NCBI GenBank assembly: GCA_002104905.1
Contig: MCFE01000198.1
Coordinates: 1 to 64,000, forward strand
DNA from: Basidiobolus meristosporus CBS 931.73
Taxonomy: Eukaryota; Fungi; Basidiobolomycota
Direction of reading: 5' to 3'
DNA length: 64,000 nt
Position numbers and translations under genes: made by a program. Position 1 is the first letter of the stretch. Each line of letters opens with the position of its first letter. Of the stretch, positions 1 through 11,310 are shown in pieces. Under the pieces are notes generated by a model. That model saw nothing but the letters and a program-made list of their open reading frames with translations. It did not search any database and was not told the DNA's origin.

Positions 1-207
1 TAGAATATTCTCACCAAAATACCAGGTACCCAGAACATGAAAATTTGATAAGTTGTCCAAACAGACCCAAACTTTGCACACATGTTCTTGGGACCTTCCT
101 TAACTTATTCTACATGCTTGTAATGCCAAGACCGGGTAAAAGTATAAATACTACTTTTACATTCAATAAATCATTAAGTGAAAACCACAAAATCAACTGG
201 TTCTCCC
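1..207 (+). repeat. Truncated LTR copy of the same copia family (lacks the last 34 bp; 5' part lies outside the window)
   Basis: 1-207 aligns colinearly with 316-522 of the LTR at 208-556 and stops at TTCTCCC, directly abutting that LTR's TGTTG start. Confidence 0.9.
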
Positions 208-556
208 TGTTGTAAAAATTTGTATTTCCACCTAAATATTCACCTAACTTAGCCACTTAGCTCATTACCTTCAAATCCTAGAGAATACTGACCAAATTCC
301 TTGTTGGGATTTACCTAGAATATTTTCACCAAAATACCAGGTACCCAGAACATGAAAATTCTCAAAGCTGTCCAAACAGCCCCAAACTTTGCACACATGC
401 TCTTGGGACCTTCCTTAACCTATTCTATGTGTTTGTAATGCCAAGACCAGGTAAAAGTATAAATACTACTTTTACACTCAATAAATCATTAAGTGAAAAC
501 CACATTATCTACTTGTTCTCCCAATCACTTCCAATATCTCCAAGACTCTTACACCA
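208..556 (+). repeat. 5' LTR (349 bp)
   Basis: Begins TGTTGTAAAAA and ends TTACACCA, immediately followed by the PBS; direct repeat of 4543-4873. Confidence 0.93.
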
Positions 557-568
557 GGTTATGAGCCC
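557..568 (+). promoter_or_regulatory. Primer-binding site complementary to the anticodon stem-loop of initiator tRNA-Met (half-tRNA priming)
   Basis: GGTTATGAGCCC directly after the LTR's terminal CA; reverse complement of GGGCUCAUAACC. Same PBS type as Ty5 and Drosophila copia. Confidence 0.85.
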
Positions 569-3500
569 CAAGCTGTCACTCTCTACAATGTCTACTACTG
601 CTATTACTGGAATTTTTCCCTCTGCTGAAAAGTTGGATGGATCTAACTACCAAGTGTGGAAGGTGAAGATGAAGATGCTGCTACAACAAGGAGGCCTTTG
701 GGATATTGTCATGGGAGAAGAATGCCCTCCTAAAAACGTGGGAGAGGAAGCCTTAAAGTACCAGAAGAATGAACAAAGTGCCTTTAACTGCATTTGCCTT
801 AATGTCAAGGACAAATTGCTAATTCAATGCTCAAGAGCAAAAACGGCAAAGAATGCCTGGAAAGCATTAGAAGACACCTACCAGTCATGTTCAGCTGCCA
901 AGAAGATGTATCTGAGACAAAAATTCTTTACTACAAAGATGCTGCCAGGAGAAGAAATGAAAAATCTAATTAACAGAATTACCCTGCTGGTAGATGAGAT
1001 GGAATCTGTGGGTGTACCAATTACTGATGAGGATGTGATAGTTACCATCCTGAATAGCCTGACAGACAAGTTTCAGGGCCTTGTATCAGCCCTAGAGTCC
1101 AGAACTGAAGATTTGACCTTAAATTACGTATATGGAAGGCTTCTGGATGAAGAATCAAGAAAAACAAGCACCAATAAGAAGGAAGAAGAAAATGCTTTAA
1201 TAAGCAATGATAACCAACAAAGGAGGTACCCAAGACCCTACAAAGGCAACAGCAACCTGTTTTGTAACTACTGCAAAAGGAAAGGACACACATCAGACCA
1301 GTGTCTCAAAAAGAAAGATAATCAGCAAAAGAAGCCTGAGTATGGAAATGCTGCAACAACTGAAGATAGACTATTCATATCTGCACTAAATATGACCACA
1401 AACAAGGATTCTCAGATGTGGTATATTGACTCTGGAGCTTCTCAACACTTTACACACCAAAAAGAACTGTTTACCCAATATCAAGAAATTCCAATTAAGA
1501 AGGTTTTCATGGGTGACAATAGAACACTTGATGCAGTGGGAGAAGACATTATCCAAGTAGACCTAAGAAGCAGTGAAGGAAGCCATACACTGACCTTTAA
1601 AGAAGTACTCTATGTACCAGAAATAGCCAAGAACCTACTCTCTGTAAGCAAGGCCACAGCAGAAGGACTCAGTTTCAGTTTTGACAATTCTGGATGCAGG
1701 ATCACTGATCAAAATGGTGCCCATATTGCTTTGGGCATCAGAGATCAGAATCTATACAAGTTGACCTACATTCCATCATATTTGGAGGCCAATATAAGTA
1801 ACTTAAATGAAGAAACACCAATGCTTTGGCACTGGAGAGTTGGACACATCAATTTTGATTTTTGCGTAAAATGATCAAAGATCAGCTAATTTCTGGAGTG
1901 AAAATTGATCCCCCAGCTAATTTGGAGCACTGTGAAGCCTGCATATATGGGAAACAAGCCAGACAGCCGTTCAAGAGCTCTGGGTTAATCAAAACTAAGA
2001 AAAAATTAGATCTAATTCACTTAGATCTGTGTGGACCTATGCAAAATTTATCCTTGGGCAGGATGAAGTATTTAATCACTTTTATTGATGATTATACAAG
2101 ATACACATGGGTCTACTTCATGGAGAGAAAGGAAGAGCTCTGTCTAAGTTCAGGGAGTTTAAAGCCATGGTGGAGAGAGAAACTGGTGAAAAAATCAAGA
2201 AAATACACTCTGACAATGGTGGAGAATATACCTCAAAACTCTTCATCCACTTGTGCAAAATTCATGGGATAAAGCAAGAAACTACTGTACCATACTCCCC
2301 ACAGCAAAATGGAGTAGCAGAACAAGCTAACAGATCAATAATTGATATGGCAAGATCTATGATCCATGATCAAAAATTATCCTATGATTTTTGGGCAGAA
2401 TCAGTTGCCACTGCTGTATATCTTAAAAATAGGAGTTATAACCAAATACTTTGTGATTCTACTCCATTTGAAGCATGTTATGGATACAGACCAAGTGCAG
2501 AACATCTAAGAATATTTGGGTGTACAGCATATGCCAAAAAACTGGCTGGAAATCAGTCAAAATTTGAGCCAAAAAGTGTAAAATGCATATTTTTAGGCTA
2601 CTGCAATGAGAGTAAGGCATACAGACTCTAAAATACCAAAGCAAAGAAGCTTATCAAGTCCAGGGATGTGTTGTTTGATGAAAATTCAAAATTTTCCCAA
2701 AAAATGACATCAGATGATGACAAAAATTTGATCTCAGGTCCACCAATTGTCAGGATTGAATCAGAGCAAAACAATGAAAATTTTTTCACTCCAGAGGACT
2801 CTACAGCCGTGGTTCAGCCAGAACCAGTGCCCAGGAATATCCCAGAAGTGATCATTCCAGTATCAAATGCCCGGAGATCTAATTGGACAAGAAACAGTCC
2901 AAATTACTATATCAATGAGGGTACAAACTTAGCCTATGCCTATTCAGTCCATGTTGATGAACCCCAGACTGTAAAAGAGGCCCTAAGTAGCCCTCAGACA
3001 AAGTTTTGGAGATCTGCAATGACTGAGGAATATCAGGCCCTGATGGGAAATCAAACTTGGGACTTAGTCAAATTACCAATCAACCAAAAATCAATTGGAT
3101 GCAGATGGGTCTTCAAGACAAAATACAAAGCTGATGGTACAATTGAAGGATACAAAGCAAGACTTGTAGCCAAAGGATACTCTCAAACAAAAGGACTTGA
3201 CTATACTGAGACCTTTGCACCGGTAGCCAAGTTTAATTCCATCAGATTAATATTGGCTATTGCAGCCAAATATAAGTTTTTTATTCATCAAATGGATGTA
3301 AAAACTGCATTTTTGAATGGAGAACTTGATGAGGATGTGTATATGGACCAGCCTGATGGGTTTGCTGACCAAGATAACCCCCATTTGGTCTGCAAGCTTA
3401 AAAAGTCAATATATGGTCTCAAACAATCACCAAGAGCCTGTAATTGCAAGATAGATTCTTATTTGGAATCCTTGAGTTTCAAAAGAAGTAATGCTGACTA

Positions 3501-4531
3501 TAGTATATACTATAAGCCAGATAGAGCAAATCCAGTTCTACTAGCTCTATATGTGGATGATCTTATTATAGCCTCCAATAACCTAGAAACATTGGAAGAA
3601 ACTAAGTCCAGCCTATCTAAGGAGTTCAAGATGTCTGATTTAGGAGAACTTAGTTACTACTTAGGGATTAAGTTCCCCATAGACAGAAGTACCCAGACTA
3701 TCACCCTAAGTCAATCCAAGTATATTCAAGATATACTAAAGAAGTACAAAATGGCAGACTGTAAACCGGCAGCTACCCCAATGGAGACAAACCTTAACTT
3801 GGTCAAAACTCAACCAAATCAAGAGAGCTTGGTGCCATCTGAAAGCCCTGACTTTCCTTATCAATCTATGGTCGGCAGTCTGATGTATATCATGCTTGGA
3901 ACATGTCCAGATATCTCATATTCAGTGGGAGTTGTCAGCCAACATAATCACAACTATGGATCTGATCATATTGCAGCAGTTAAGCGGATTTTTAGATACC
4001 TAAAAGGAACTGCTGATATCTTCTTAAGATACACTTATAAGGATTCAGAACAGGATCTTGTGGGATACTCTGATGCTGATTGGGGACAAAATTTGGATGA
4101 CAGAAGATCTACCACAGGATACCCCTTTCTTTACTGTAAAGGAGCAATTTCATGGAATTCAAGAAAGCAACCAACCATAGCACTTTCTACCACAGAGGCA
4201 GAGTATATGGCAGCCTGTGAAGCTACAAAAGAAGCAATGTGGCTAAGAAAGCTTTTTACAGACTTAGGCCTACGTCAAAAAAACACCTATTACTTTATCT
4301 CAAGATAATCAAGGATGTATACAATTAGGTAGAAATCCAACTTTTTATGCTAGAGCCAAGCACATAGATATTAGACATCATTTCATACAAGAAGCTATAG
4401 AGAATAACTTAGTTAGCTTAGTTTACTGTCCTACAGATGAAATGATTACAGACATATATACCAAACCATTAGCTAGAGACAAGTTTGAATATCTTAGGTC
4501 AAAATTAGGACTAGTCAGTATGAGCATTTAG
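561..4531 (+). pseudogene. Disrupted gag-pol polyprotein
   Basis: Gag motif KLDGSNYQVW, CCHC knuckle CNYCKRKGHTSDQC, protease IDSGAS, integrase HHCC and D..D..E (LDLCGP, DNGGEY, NGVAE), RT LYVDD, RNase H YSDADW/EAEY. Frameshifts near 1860, 2135 and 4280 and an in-frame TAA at 2629-2631; final TAG at 4529-4531. Confidence 0.92.
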
Positions 4532-4533
4532 CT

Positions 4534-4542
4534 GAGTGGGAG
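4534..4542 (+). promoter_or_regulatory. Polypurine tract
   Basis: GAGTGGGAG immediately before the 3' LTR. Confidence 0.75.
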
Positions 4543-4873
4543 TGTTGTAAAAATTTGTAATTCCACCTAAATATTCACATAACTTAGTCACTTAGATCAT
4601 CACCTTCAAATCCTAGAGAATACTGACCAAATTCCTTGTCAGGATTTACTTAGAATATTTACCCAGAACATGAAAATTCTCAAAGTTGTCCAAACAGCCC
4701 CAAACTTTGCACACATATTCTTGGAACCTTCCTTAACCTATTCTACGTATTTGAATGCCAAGATCATGTAAAAGTATAAATATTACTTTTACATTCAATA
4801 AATCATTAAGTGAAAACCACATAATCTACTTGTTCTCCCAATCACTGCCAATATCTCCAAGACTCTTACAACA
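4543..4873 (+). repeat. 3' LTR (331 bp)
   Basis: TGTTGTAAAAA...TTACAACA. Versus the 5' LTR: a 17-bp and a 1-bp deletion and about 21 substitutions (hand alignment). Confidence 0.93.
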
Positions 4874-5301
4874 GAAGCATCAAGATTCTATCTCAGAGCT
4901 CTCAGCAGGGGTTGCTGGGTATCATGCATTCTTATGACAAAGCTATATTTCCTTGAATACTCTGATTCTCCAAAATAGTATTTACACAAGATTTCTAAGT
5001 TGTGAAAGAGCAACTTTTGCTATGCATCCAACATGTTTTGTCTAGTCTGGTCAAAACTACACCACCTCCTCTGGTCAATTATGACATTGAGTTTCAGATT
5101 CATCTATTATTCCAAGCTCTGTAAGCATTGGAATTATGAAGTGATCACAAATGTAGCATCCTTCATTAGTTGAACCTCCCAATCATAATTAGGCATTTAT
5201 TAACAATGATGCAGAGAAGATATACTGAAAAACCAGTAAAGCACCCAATTTGCCAAATATCTTCATTTGTATGCCCGGACTTGACTGCCTGATAATCATG
5301 C

Positions 5302-5317
5302 ATATATATATATATAT
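5302..5317. repeat. (AT)8 microsatellite within a 20-bp perfect palindrome (5300-5319)
   Basis: GC(AT)8GC read directly. Confidence 0.9.
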
Positions 5318-5575
5318 GCGCAGTTTCAAGATGCCAATTGCCTGTAAGCTACTCTAGCATCATTAAATCATGGTACTCAACACAATTAGTCAGTGTGGCT
5401 GATGTGATTTTGGGGTTTGGGTTTGCTGCACTAAATTTATGTAACTAGACTGACATAACTCCGATATATTATATCCGTATCATTAGTGCCCCTCGCCAAG
5501 CCTACTTCCCAACATCAATGCACTTGTGACTTACCCAGCTCTGAATTGCAGTGACCTCTACTAAATCTAACGTTA

Positions 5576-6629
5576 ATGGCTAGTAAAGCAGCTTCCAAGA
5601 GATTGGCCAAGGAATATATGGCTATTCAAAAGAGCCCTATACCTTTCATCACTACGAAACCATTGGAGGACAATGTGTTAGAATGGTAAATCGAAGTGTT
5701 CTTGTTTCGGTTCTCAGCAACTCACCCTTATCTTCCAAAAGGCATTACGTACTAACCGGGCCCCCCGATACTCCGTATTATGGTATGTACCACTGTCATC
5801 GTGACTGTCTTTTACTCGATTCTCACCTCGTAGCTCCTGGCAGGTGGGCAATATCACGGTAAGAACCTCAGCGCGTTTATTTCCTCGTACAAAGAATTTA
5901 CATAGAAAGAAAGGTAGAGTGATTTTTCCGAGTGAGTACCCTTTCAAGCCACCTTCCATACGCATGATCACTCCTAGTGGGCGCTTCAGTCCAAATGCTC
6001 GCATTTGCCTTAGTATGAGCGAGTTCCATCGTAAGTTACTGACATTAGCACTCAGCCCTCAACCAGACTTGTAAATACTTTTGCTCTAGCCAATACTTGG
6101 AATCCAGCTTGGTCTGTTTCGACAATACTCAACGGACTCTTATCTTTTATGGTATAACCAGTACATACGGTGCTTTTATGAAGCTTGACTAAAGTTCAGC
6201 CCCACAGGTTGGTGACGAAGAAACCACCGGTAGTATCCGTACAACCGATGCTGTGAAAAGGGCCTTTGCCTCAAAGTCGCATACCTATAATTATAACAGT
6301 TCAAAATTTAGAGGCAAGTGCGTACTCTGTATGGAATAGTTGCAGACTTGTTACTAATACTCGATATAGAAGTGTTTCCTGAACTCTGCTCGCTTTCGCC
6401 AAACCCAAGCTGTGGGGAGAGGTCAGACGAAAAAACCAGCCAACTAAAAGGTGCGCACAATGCGAATGCCAATCAAAACCAGGTACTTGTTGGGACTTCA
6501 TGGACGAGATCAATTGTATTGTTGTTGGTACGTGTTTTGTTGGAACGACTCCTACGTGATAACAATTGCTGACCAGTCATGCAGATGTGCATTATTGTGG
6601 TAGTGCTCCTATTACTTCAAGCCTACTGA
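5576..6629 (+). CDS. UBC6: ER-anchored ubiquitin-conjugating enzyme E2 (Ubc6/UBE2J2), multi-exon
   Basis: Spliced [93 protein letters not shown] plus hydrophobic C-terminal tail; 3' end approximate. Confidence 0.92.
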
Positions 6630-6965
6630 TATTCGGTCAGGACCTATAACTTCAAACCCACTGACATCTAGTCAAGGCCTATTACAAACCAACCGACATC
6701 CCAACCGACATCCAGTCAAAAGGTAGCCCCTAACCCTAAGTAGCTGATAATAGCCCATTCATCCAAATCTCTGCCACCAATCTAGATAAACACTAGCTTA
6801 AATAAACTGCCTAAATACTGGCACAAAAATAAACTGATTGTATAATCCAACTCATAACAACCGAGGGCCAAAAAACATCTCGTGTTTTGCTCATATCATT
6901 GTTTACTAAAATCCCCTTACGTACAACCTCTAAACAAGCTAATTGGCATTTCTATCGCTGCAAAG

Positions 6966-8516
6966 ATGCCAGACGTAGAGATGGAGGATCACATGGACAT
7001 AGATACACAACCTATCAAGGGAAAAGAGAAGGGCAAAAGTGTGGAACTGGCCTCAAATGTAGCCGGTCTAGAAAATTTACCTTGGTAAGTATCCCCATTC
7101 GAACCGTAATATTTGCCCGCATTAAGCTTAACCATACTCCACCTCGACAGGGTCGAAAAATATCGCCCGGAAACACTGGAAGATCTAGTTTCGCAAAAAG
7201 ACATTACTACCACAAGTACGCTCAGTTGGCTGGACACCCACAACCCTTGAATACTAATTGAGGCTTTAGTTGAGCGATTTATCCAAGAAAACCGTCTTCC
7301 TCATTTACTGTTCTACGGGCCACCAGGAACAGGCAAAACCTCGACTATCCTAGCCTCAGCCAGAAATCTGTACGGCGCGAATTATAAATCCATGATACTT
7401 GAGGTATGCATACCGCTAAGCTTTCATCGGTACCTGGTATTGATGCTGCTTATCTAGCTGAATGCCTCCGACGATCGTGGTATCGATGTTGTTCGCGAAC
7501 AAATCAAAAGTTTCGCCAGTACTCGGAAAATATTTAGGTAAACTGGACTCACAGCCCCTCGCTCGACCATTTGGCACTAATATGGCGCACAGTTCAGGAT
7601 TTAAGATGATTATTCTTGATGAAGCCGATGCCATGACACAGGCAGCACAGGCAGCTTTACGCCGAGGTAACCTTCAACAATAGTCGAACACGGGCCGGAC
7701 CCTTGCTAACTCTTCGCCAAACCTCGACCTTATAGTCATTGAGAAGTATACGAAGAACGTCAGATTTTGTCTGATTTGCAACTATGTGAGTAAGATTATC
7801 CCTGCGCTGCAATCTCGATGCACGAAATTCCGCTTCTCCCCATTGGAGCCGACTCAGATAGAGGCTCGCTTGCAGATGATCATTGAGAAAGAAAAGTATG
7901 GCATTGCTTACCACTGACTAGCCAACCTATTAACCCGCATATCAGTGTAAATTTGACCGAATCAGGGAAGAAAGCGTTGTTCAAGCTCTCTAATGGCGAC
8001 ATGCGACGCATCCTTAACGTCTTGCAAGCGTGTCACGCCGCTTATGACGAAATAGATGACATCGCAGTATACACATGTACGGGACAACCCCTCCCTCATG
8101 ACATCGAGAAGATAGTGACGTGGATGCTTAACGAAGAGTTCAACACTGCTCAATCCAGTAAGCCCCATTCCCAACGCTCTCCGTGATATCGCCTACTGAC
8201 TGTATCCACAACCAGACTTCAGCAAGCTCAAGACAGAAAAGGGACTAGCTTTGCAAGACATAGTTACCGAGATTGCAAACTACATCGACGCAATCGAATT
8301 TCCGCCCAATGTCCGGGTTTACCTTCTTGATAAACTAGCCGAAATTGAGTAAGCATATTTGCTTCCCCTACCAGACTTATGCTGGACAGCCAACTTATCC
8401 TCCTCTGTAGATACAAGTTGGCCGGTGGCGCTACCGAGAGCATACAAACCTCCGCATTGATAGGTTCCTTTAAGATTGCCACCGAGTTGGCGGCCAAAGT
8501 GTCAAAGAAGAACTGA
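6966..8516 (+). CDS. RFC3: Replication factor C small subunit (yeast Rfc3 / human RFC5), multi-exon
   Basis: LPWVEKYRP, Walker [36 protein letters not shown] motif, [11 protein letters not shown]. Confidence 0.93.
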
Positions 8517-8581
8517 GTTTGAGGAGTAGAACCACCGATCCCTTTGTAATATTTCAACACACAAATTATCAGTAAATCGAG

Positions 8582-8641
8582 TATTTCAAATGGTATATCA
8601 AATGGTATTTCAAGTGCTATCTCAAGTGCCATCTCAAATGG
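8582..8641. repeat. 12-bp minisatellite, 5 copies
   Basis: TATTTCAAATGG TATATCAAATGG TATTTCAAGTGC TATCTCAAGTGC CATCTCAAATGG. Confidence 0.85.
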
Positions 8642-8981
8642 TCAGTAAATCTCGAGCTCATGCACAACTTGTGTGTATGCTATACAAAATTCTAAGCAAT
8701 GTTAAGCGATGCTTGTGCAAAATTGAAAGTAGTCTCTCATGGATGTATGACGTGCAAATTCGATGATTAATACTTGGCTAGAAAGGAAATTCTGAACTAC
8801 CTCGATTTCTAGTGGATAATCGCAACAATCAGCTATCCCCTCCCAGATCTCCACTCCCCAGAATCAAAAAAAATTCTATGGTTTTATAGATTCAAAAGCA
8901 ACCCACCTCAATTGAATACTTGTTACGAGAAACCTCTCAGCCTTAGTCTTGTGCGTTTTTGACATTGCATAGCTCGTTATA

Positions 8982-9481
8982 ATGGGTAAAATCGAAGAAC
9001 TTCCTATTGATCACGTCGAAGAAGTCTCTGACTCCGAATACAGCGATTTCGAAAGCGATTCTGACTATGAAGATATTGTTGAGGAATCTCTTTTGGAGCG
9101 TCTCCAAGCTTTGAAGGAAGTTATCCCAGAGAAGCAACGCAAGGCTATCTCCTCTTTCGCCTCCTCCATTTACAACGCTGGTTGGACTGCTACCACTTTT
9201 GTTGGCAAGTCCGCTTGGGTTCTTACCACCTCTGCTCTCTTGATCGTTCTTCCTCTCGCTTTGGAAATCGAAAAAGAGCAAGCTTTGCTGCAATTCGAGA
9301 ACGAAGCCAGAATGCAACAGCAATCCCAACAACAAGTAAGTCTATAGCTTCGTCGTTATCACTTGACCAGTTTTCTTATATTTTGGGTGACTTTTAGATG
9401 CTCTCTGGTCAGCCTGGTCAGACATTACCTGGACAGATGCCATACGGCGGTCTTGTTCCACCTGGCTTCCAACCTCAATAA
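8982..9481 (+). CDS. TOM22: Mitochondrial import receptor Tom22, 2 exons
   Basis: Acidic N-terminus, ESLLERLQALKEVIP, GKSAWVLTTSALLIVLPLALEIEKEQ transmembrane segment; intron GTAAGT...TTTTAG near 9336-9398. Confidence 0.93.
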
Positions 9482-10043
9482 ATACTATGTAGGATTAGGT
9501 TCTTCCCGCACCATATATATGCCTCGCTCAGTACCATCACCGCCTTCACTACACTGATCTCGTTTTTTGATCAAGACAACAACTTGGCTTCACCGAGGGA
9601 TCCCTTCTACATTTACTAAAGCATCATGATTGTTATACAAAGTTTTTCACCAACTTCTTATATAAACTCCTAAACATCTACATCGGATTTTGCCCAGCGA
9701 TCAATACCAGCGGCGCTCGCTCTCGAATATTTCACGCGACTCCAGGGAGTGGCAGTCTACTATTGGGTAGAGTCAATTGCGGGGCGGGGGCGGGGGCCGG
9801 GGCTCACTGGCATCCCAATCTAGCTCTCCCCATGCCACATGAATGTTTTCCCACTCGCTCCAGCCAACCATTCACTATGCCCTCTGCACTCGCCTCCCCC
9901 TAGGATGCCATTCTTGACTAGATTTTTTTCTCTCATCGGGCCCAGTCTGACTCGGCAGACTTGAATTTTTCCTGCCAACATAGCCTATCTCACCGTACAA
10001 AATTTTCTCCTCACCAAACAATCCCCTCTATCCTTTCCACTCT

Positions 10044-10791
10044 ATGTCTAAGAAACATTCGGCCGCTGCTAAGAAGCAACATCTACTCAACACAACCCCT
10101 GTTGAGATCAGCCTAGCTGATGCCACCACTGTAAGTAATGTTATGACGTGATAAACACGGGAACACGCATACTAACAAGCCCTCCTAGCTTTTTGAGAAC
10201 TACTCGACCGCTGCTATCTGCTTCTCTCGCATGGCTGACGTGTACAAGAAGGTGGTTGATCTGGAAGGCTCCTTGATCCAAAAGAAAGCGGCCAAAGACC
10301 CCAACGCACCCAAGAAGCCCTTTACCCCATACATTCAATTTTGCAACGAAGAGCGTGAACATATTCGCAAGGAGTTCCCCAGTTACACCTCCCAAGATGT
10401 GTCTCGTGAGTTGGGCAATGCCTGGAAGTCTCTGAGCGAAACTGACAAGGGGACCTACCTGAAGAAGTACGAAAGTGAGAACGCCGCTTACAAAGTCGAG
10501 CTAGAGGAGTACAACAAACATAAGCTCGCGCTGGAGGCTCAGGAAAACGAGGACTCCTCTTCCGAGCAATCGGTTGAGCCAGAGGTGAAGGAAGATTCCT
10601 CAGAATCAGAGGAGGACGAGGAAGAAGATGTCAAAAAGCCTGTCGAGAAGAAGGCTGCCCCCCAAAACGGCCGTAAGCGCAAATCACCCGCCGAGCCCCA
10701 ACCAAAGAAACCAGCCGCCAAATCCCCTCAGGCCGAGACCACTTCCGAAACGACACCAAGCAAGAAGAAAAAGAACAAGAAGAAGAATTAA
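10044..10791 (+). CDS. HMG-box chromatin protein with lysine-rich tail (Hmo1-like), 2 exons
   Basis: KDPNAPKKPFTPYIQF..ELGNAWKSLSETDK..Y HMG box, then an acidic tract and KKKKNKKKN terminus; N-terminal exon starts at ATG 10044. Confidence 0.85.
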
Positions 10792-10936
10792 TCCTTAATC
10801 CTGAGTCAAACGAATAAATAAACACGTACACATCCACGCATTCAGTATTATGAATTGGATTTATTATCAAAAAGAAGACAAATATGATACAGAAAGATGA
10901 ACAACATTTTTGGTACACGATAAAATCTTCCAATAT

Positions 10937-11266
<330 letters not shown>

Positions 11267-11294
11267 TTACTGATGTTGGTGTCCACCCTGGGGG

Positions 11295-11304
11295 TATTTA
11301 TATA
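11295..11304 (-). promoter_or_regulatory. TATA box of the H4 gene
   Basis: TATATAAATA on the minus strand about 47 bp upstream of the H4 ATG. Confidence 0.6.
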
Positions 11305-11310
11305 TTCCCA

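Larger units (their letters stand above)
208..4873 (+). mobile_element. Ty1/copia LTR retrotransposon, full-length but inactivated
   Basis: TG...CA LTRs at both ends, PBS, polypurine tract, and domain order gag-PR-IN-RT-RNaseH (copia order). Confidence 0.97.

Noticed and set aside
1860-4290. Frameshifts in gag-pol as programmed ribosomal frameshifting
   Set aside because: They fall inside integrase and RNase H, not at a gag/pol boundary, and come with an in-frame stop; copia elements normally use a single ORF. Mutational decay explains them.
6689-6712. 12-bp tandem duplication CCAACCGACATC x2 (and an 11-bp duplication near 63322-63344)
   Set aside because: Two-copy slippage events in non-coding DNA with nothing suggesting function.
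10044-10791. HMG gene as a Mucorales-type sexM/sexP mating-type locus
   Set aside because: The HMG box is of the non-sequence-specific KDPNAPKKP class with an acidic/Lys tail, and the flanks are TOM22 and H4, not a triose-phosphate transporter and RNA helicase.
10860-10936. Metazoan-type histone 3' stem-loop after H4
   Set aside because: No GGY(Y)CUUUU..AGRRCC hairpin is visible downstream of the stop.
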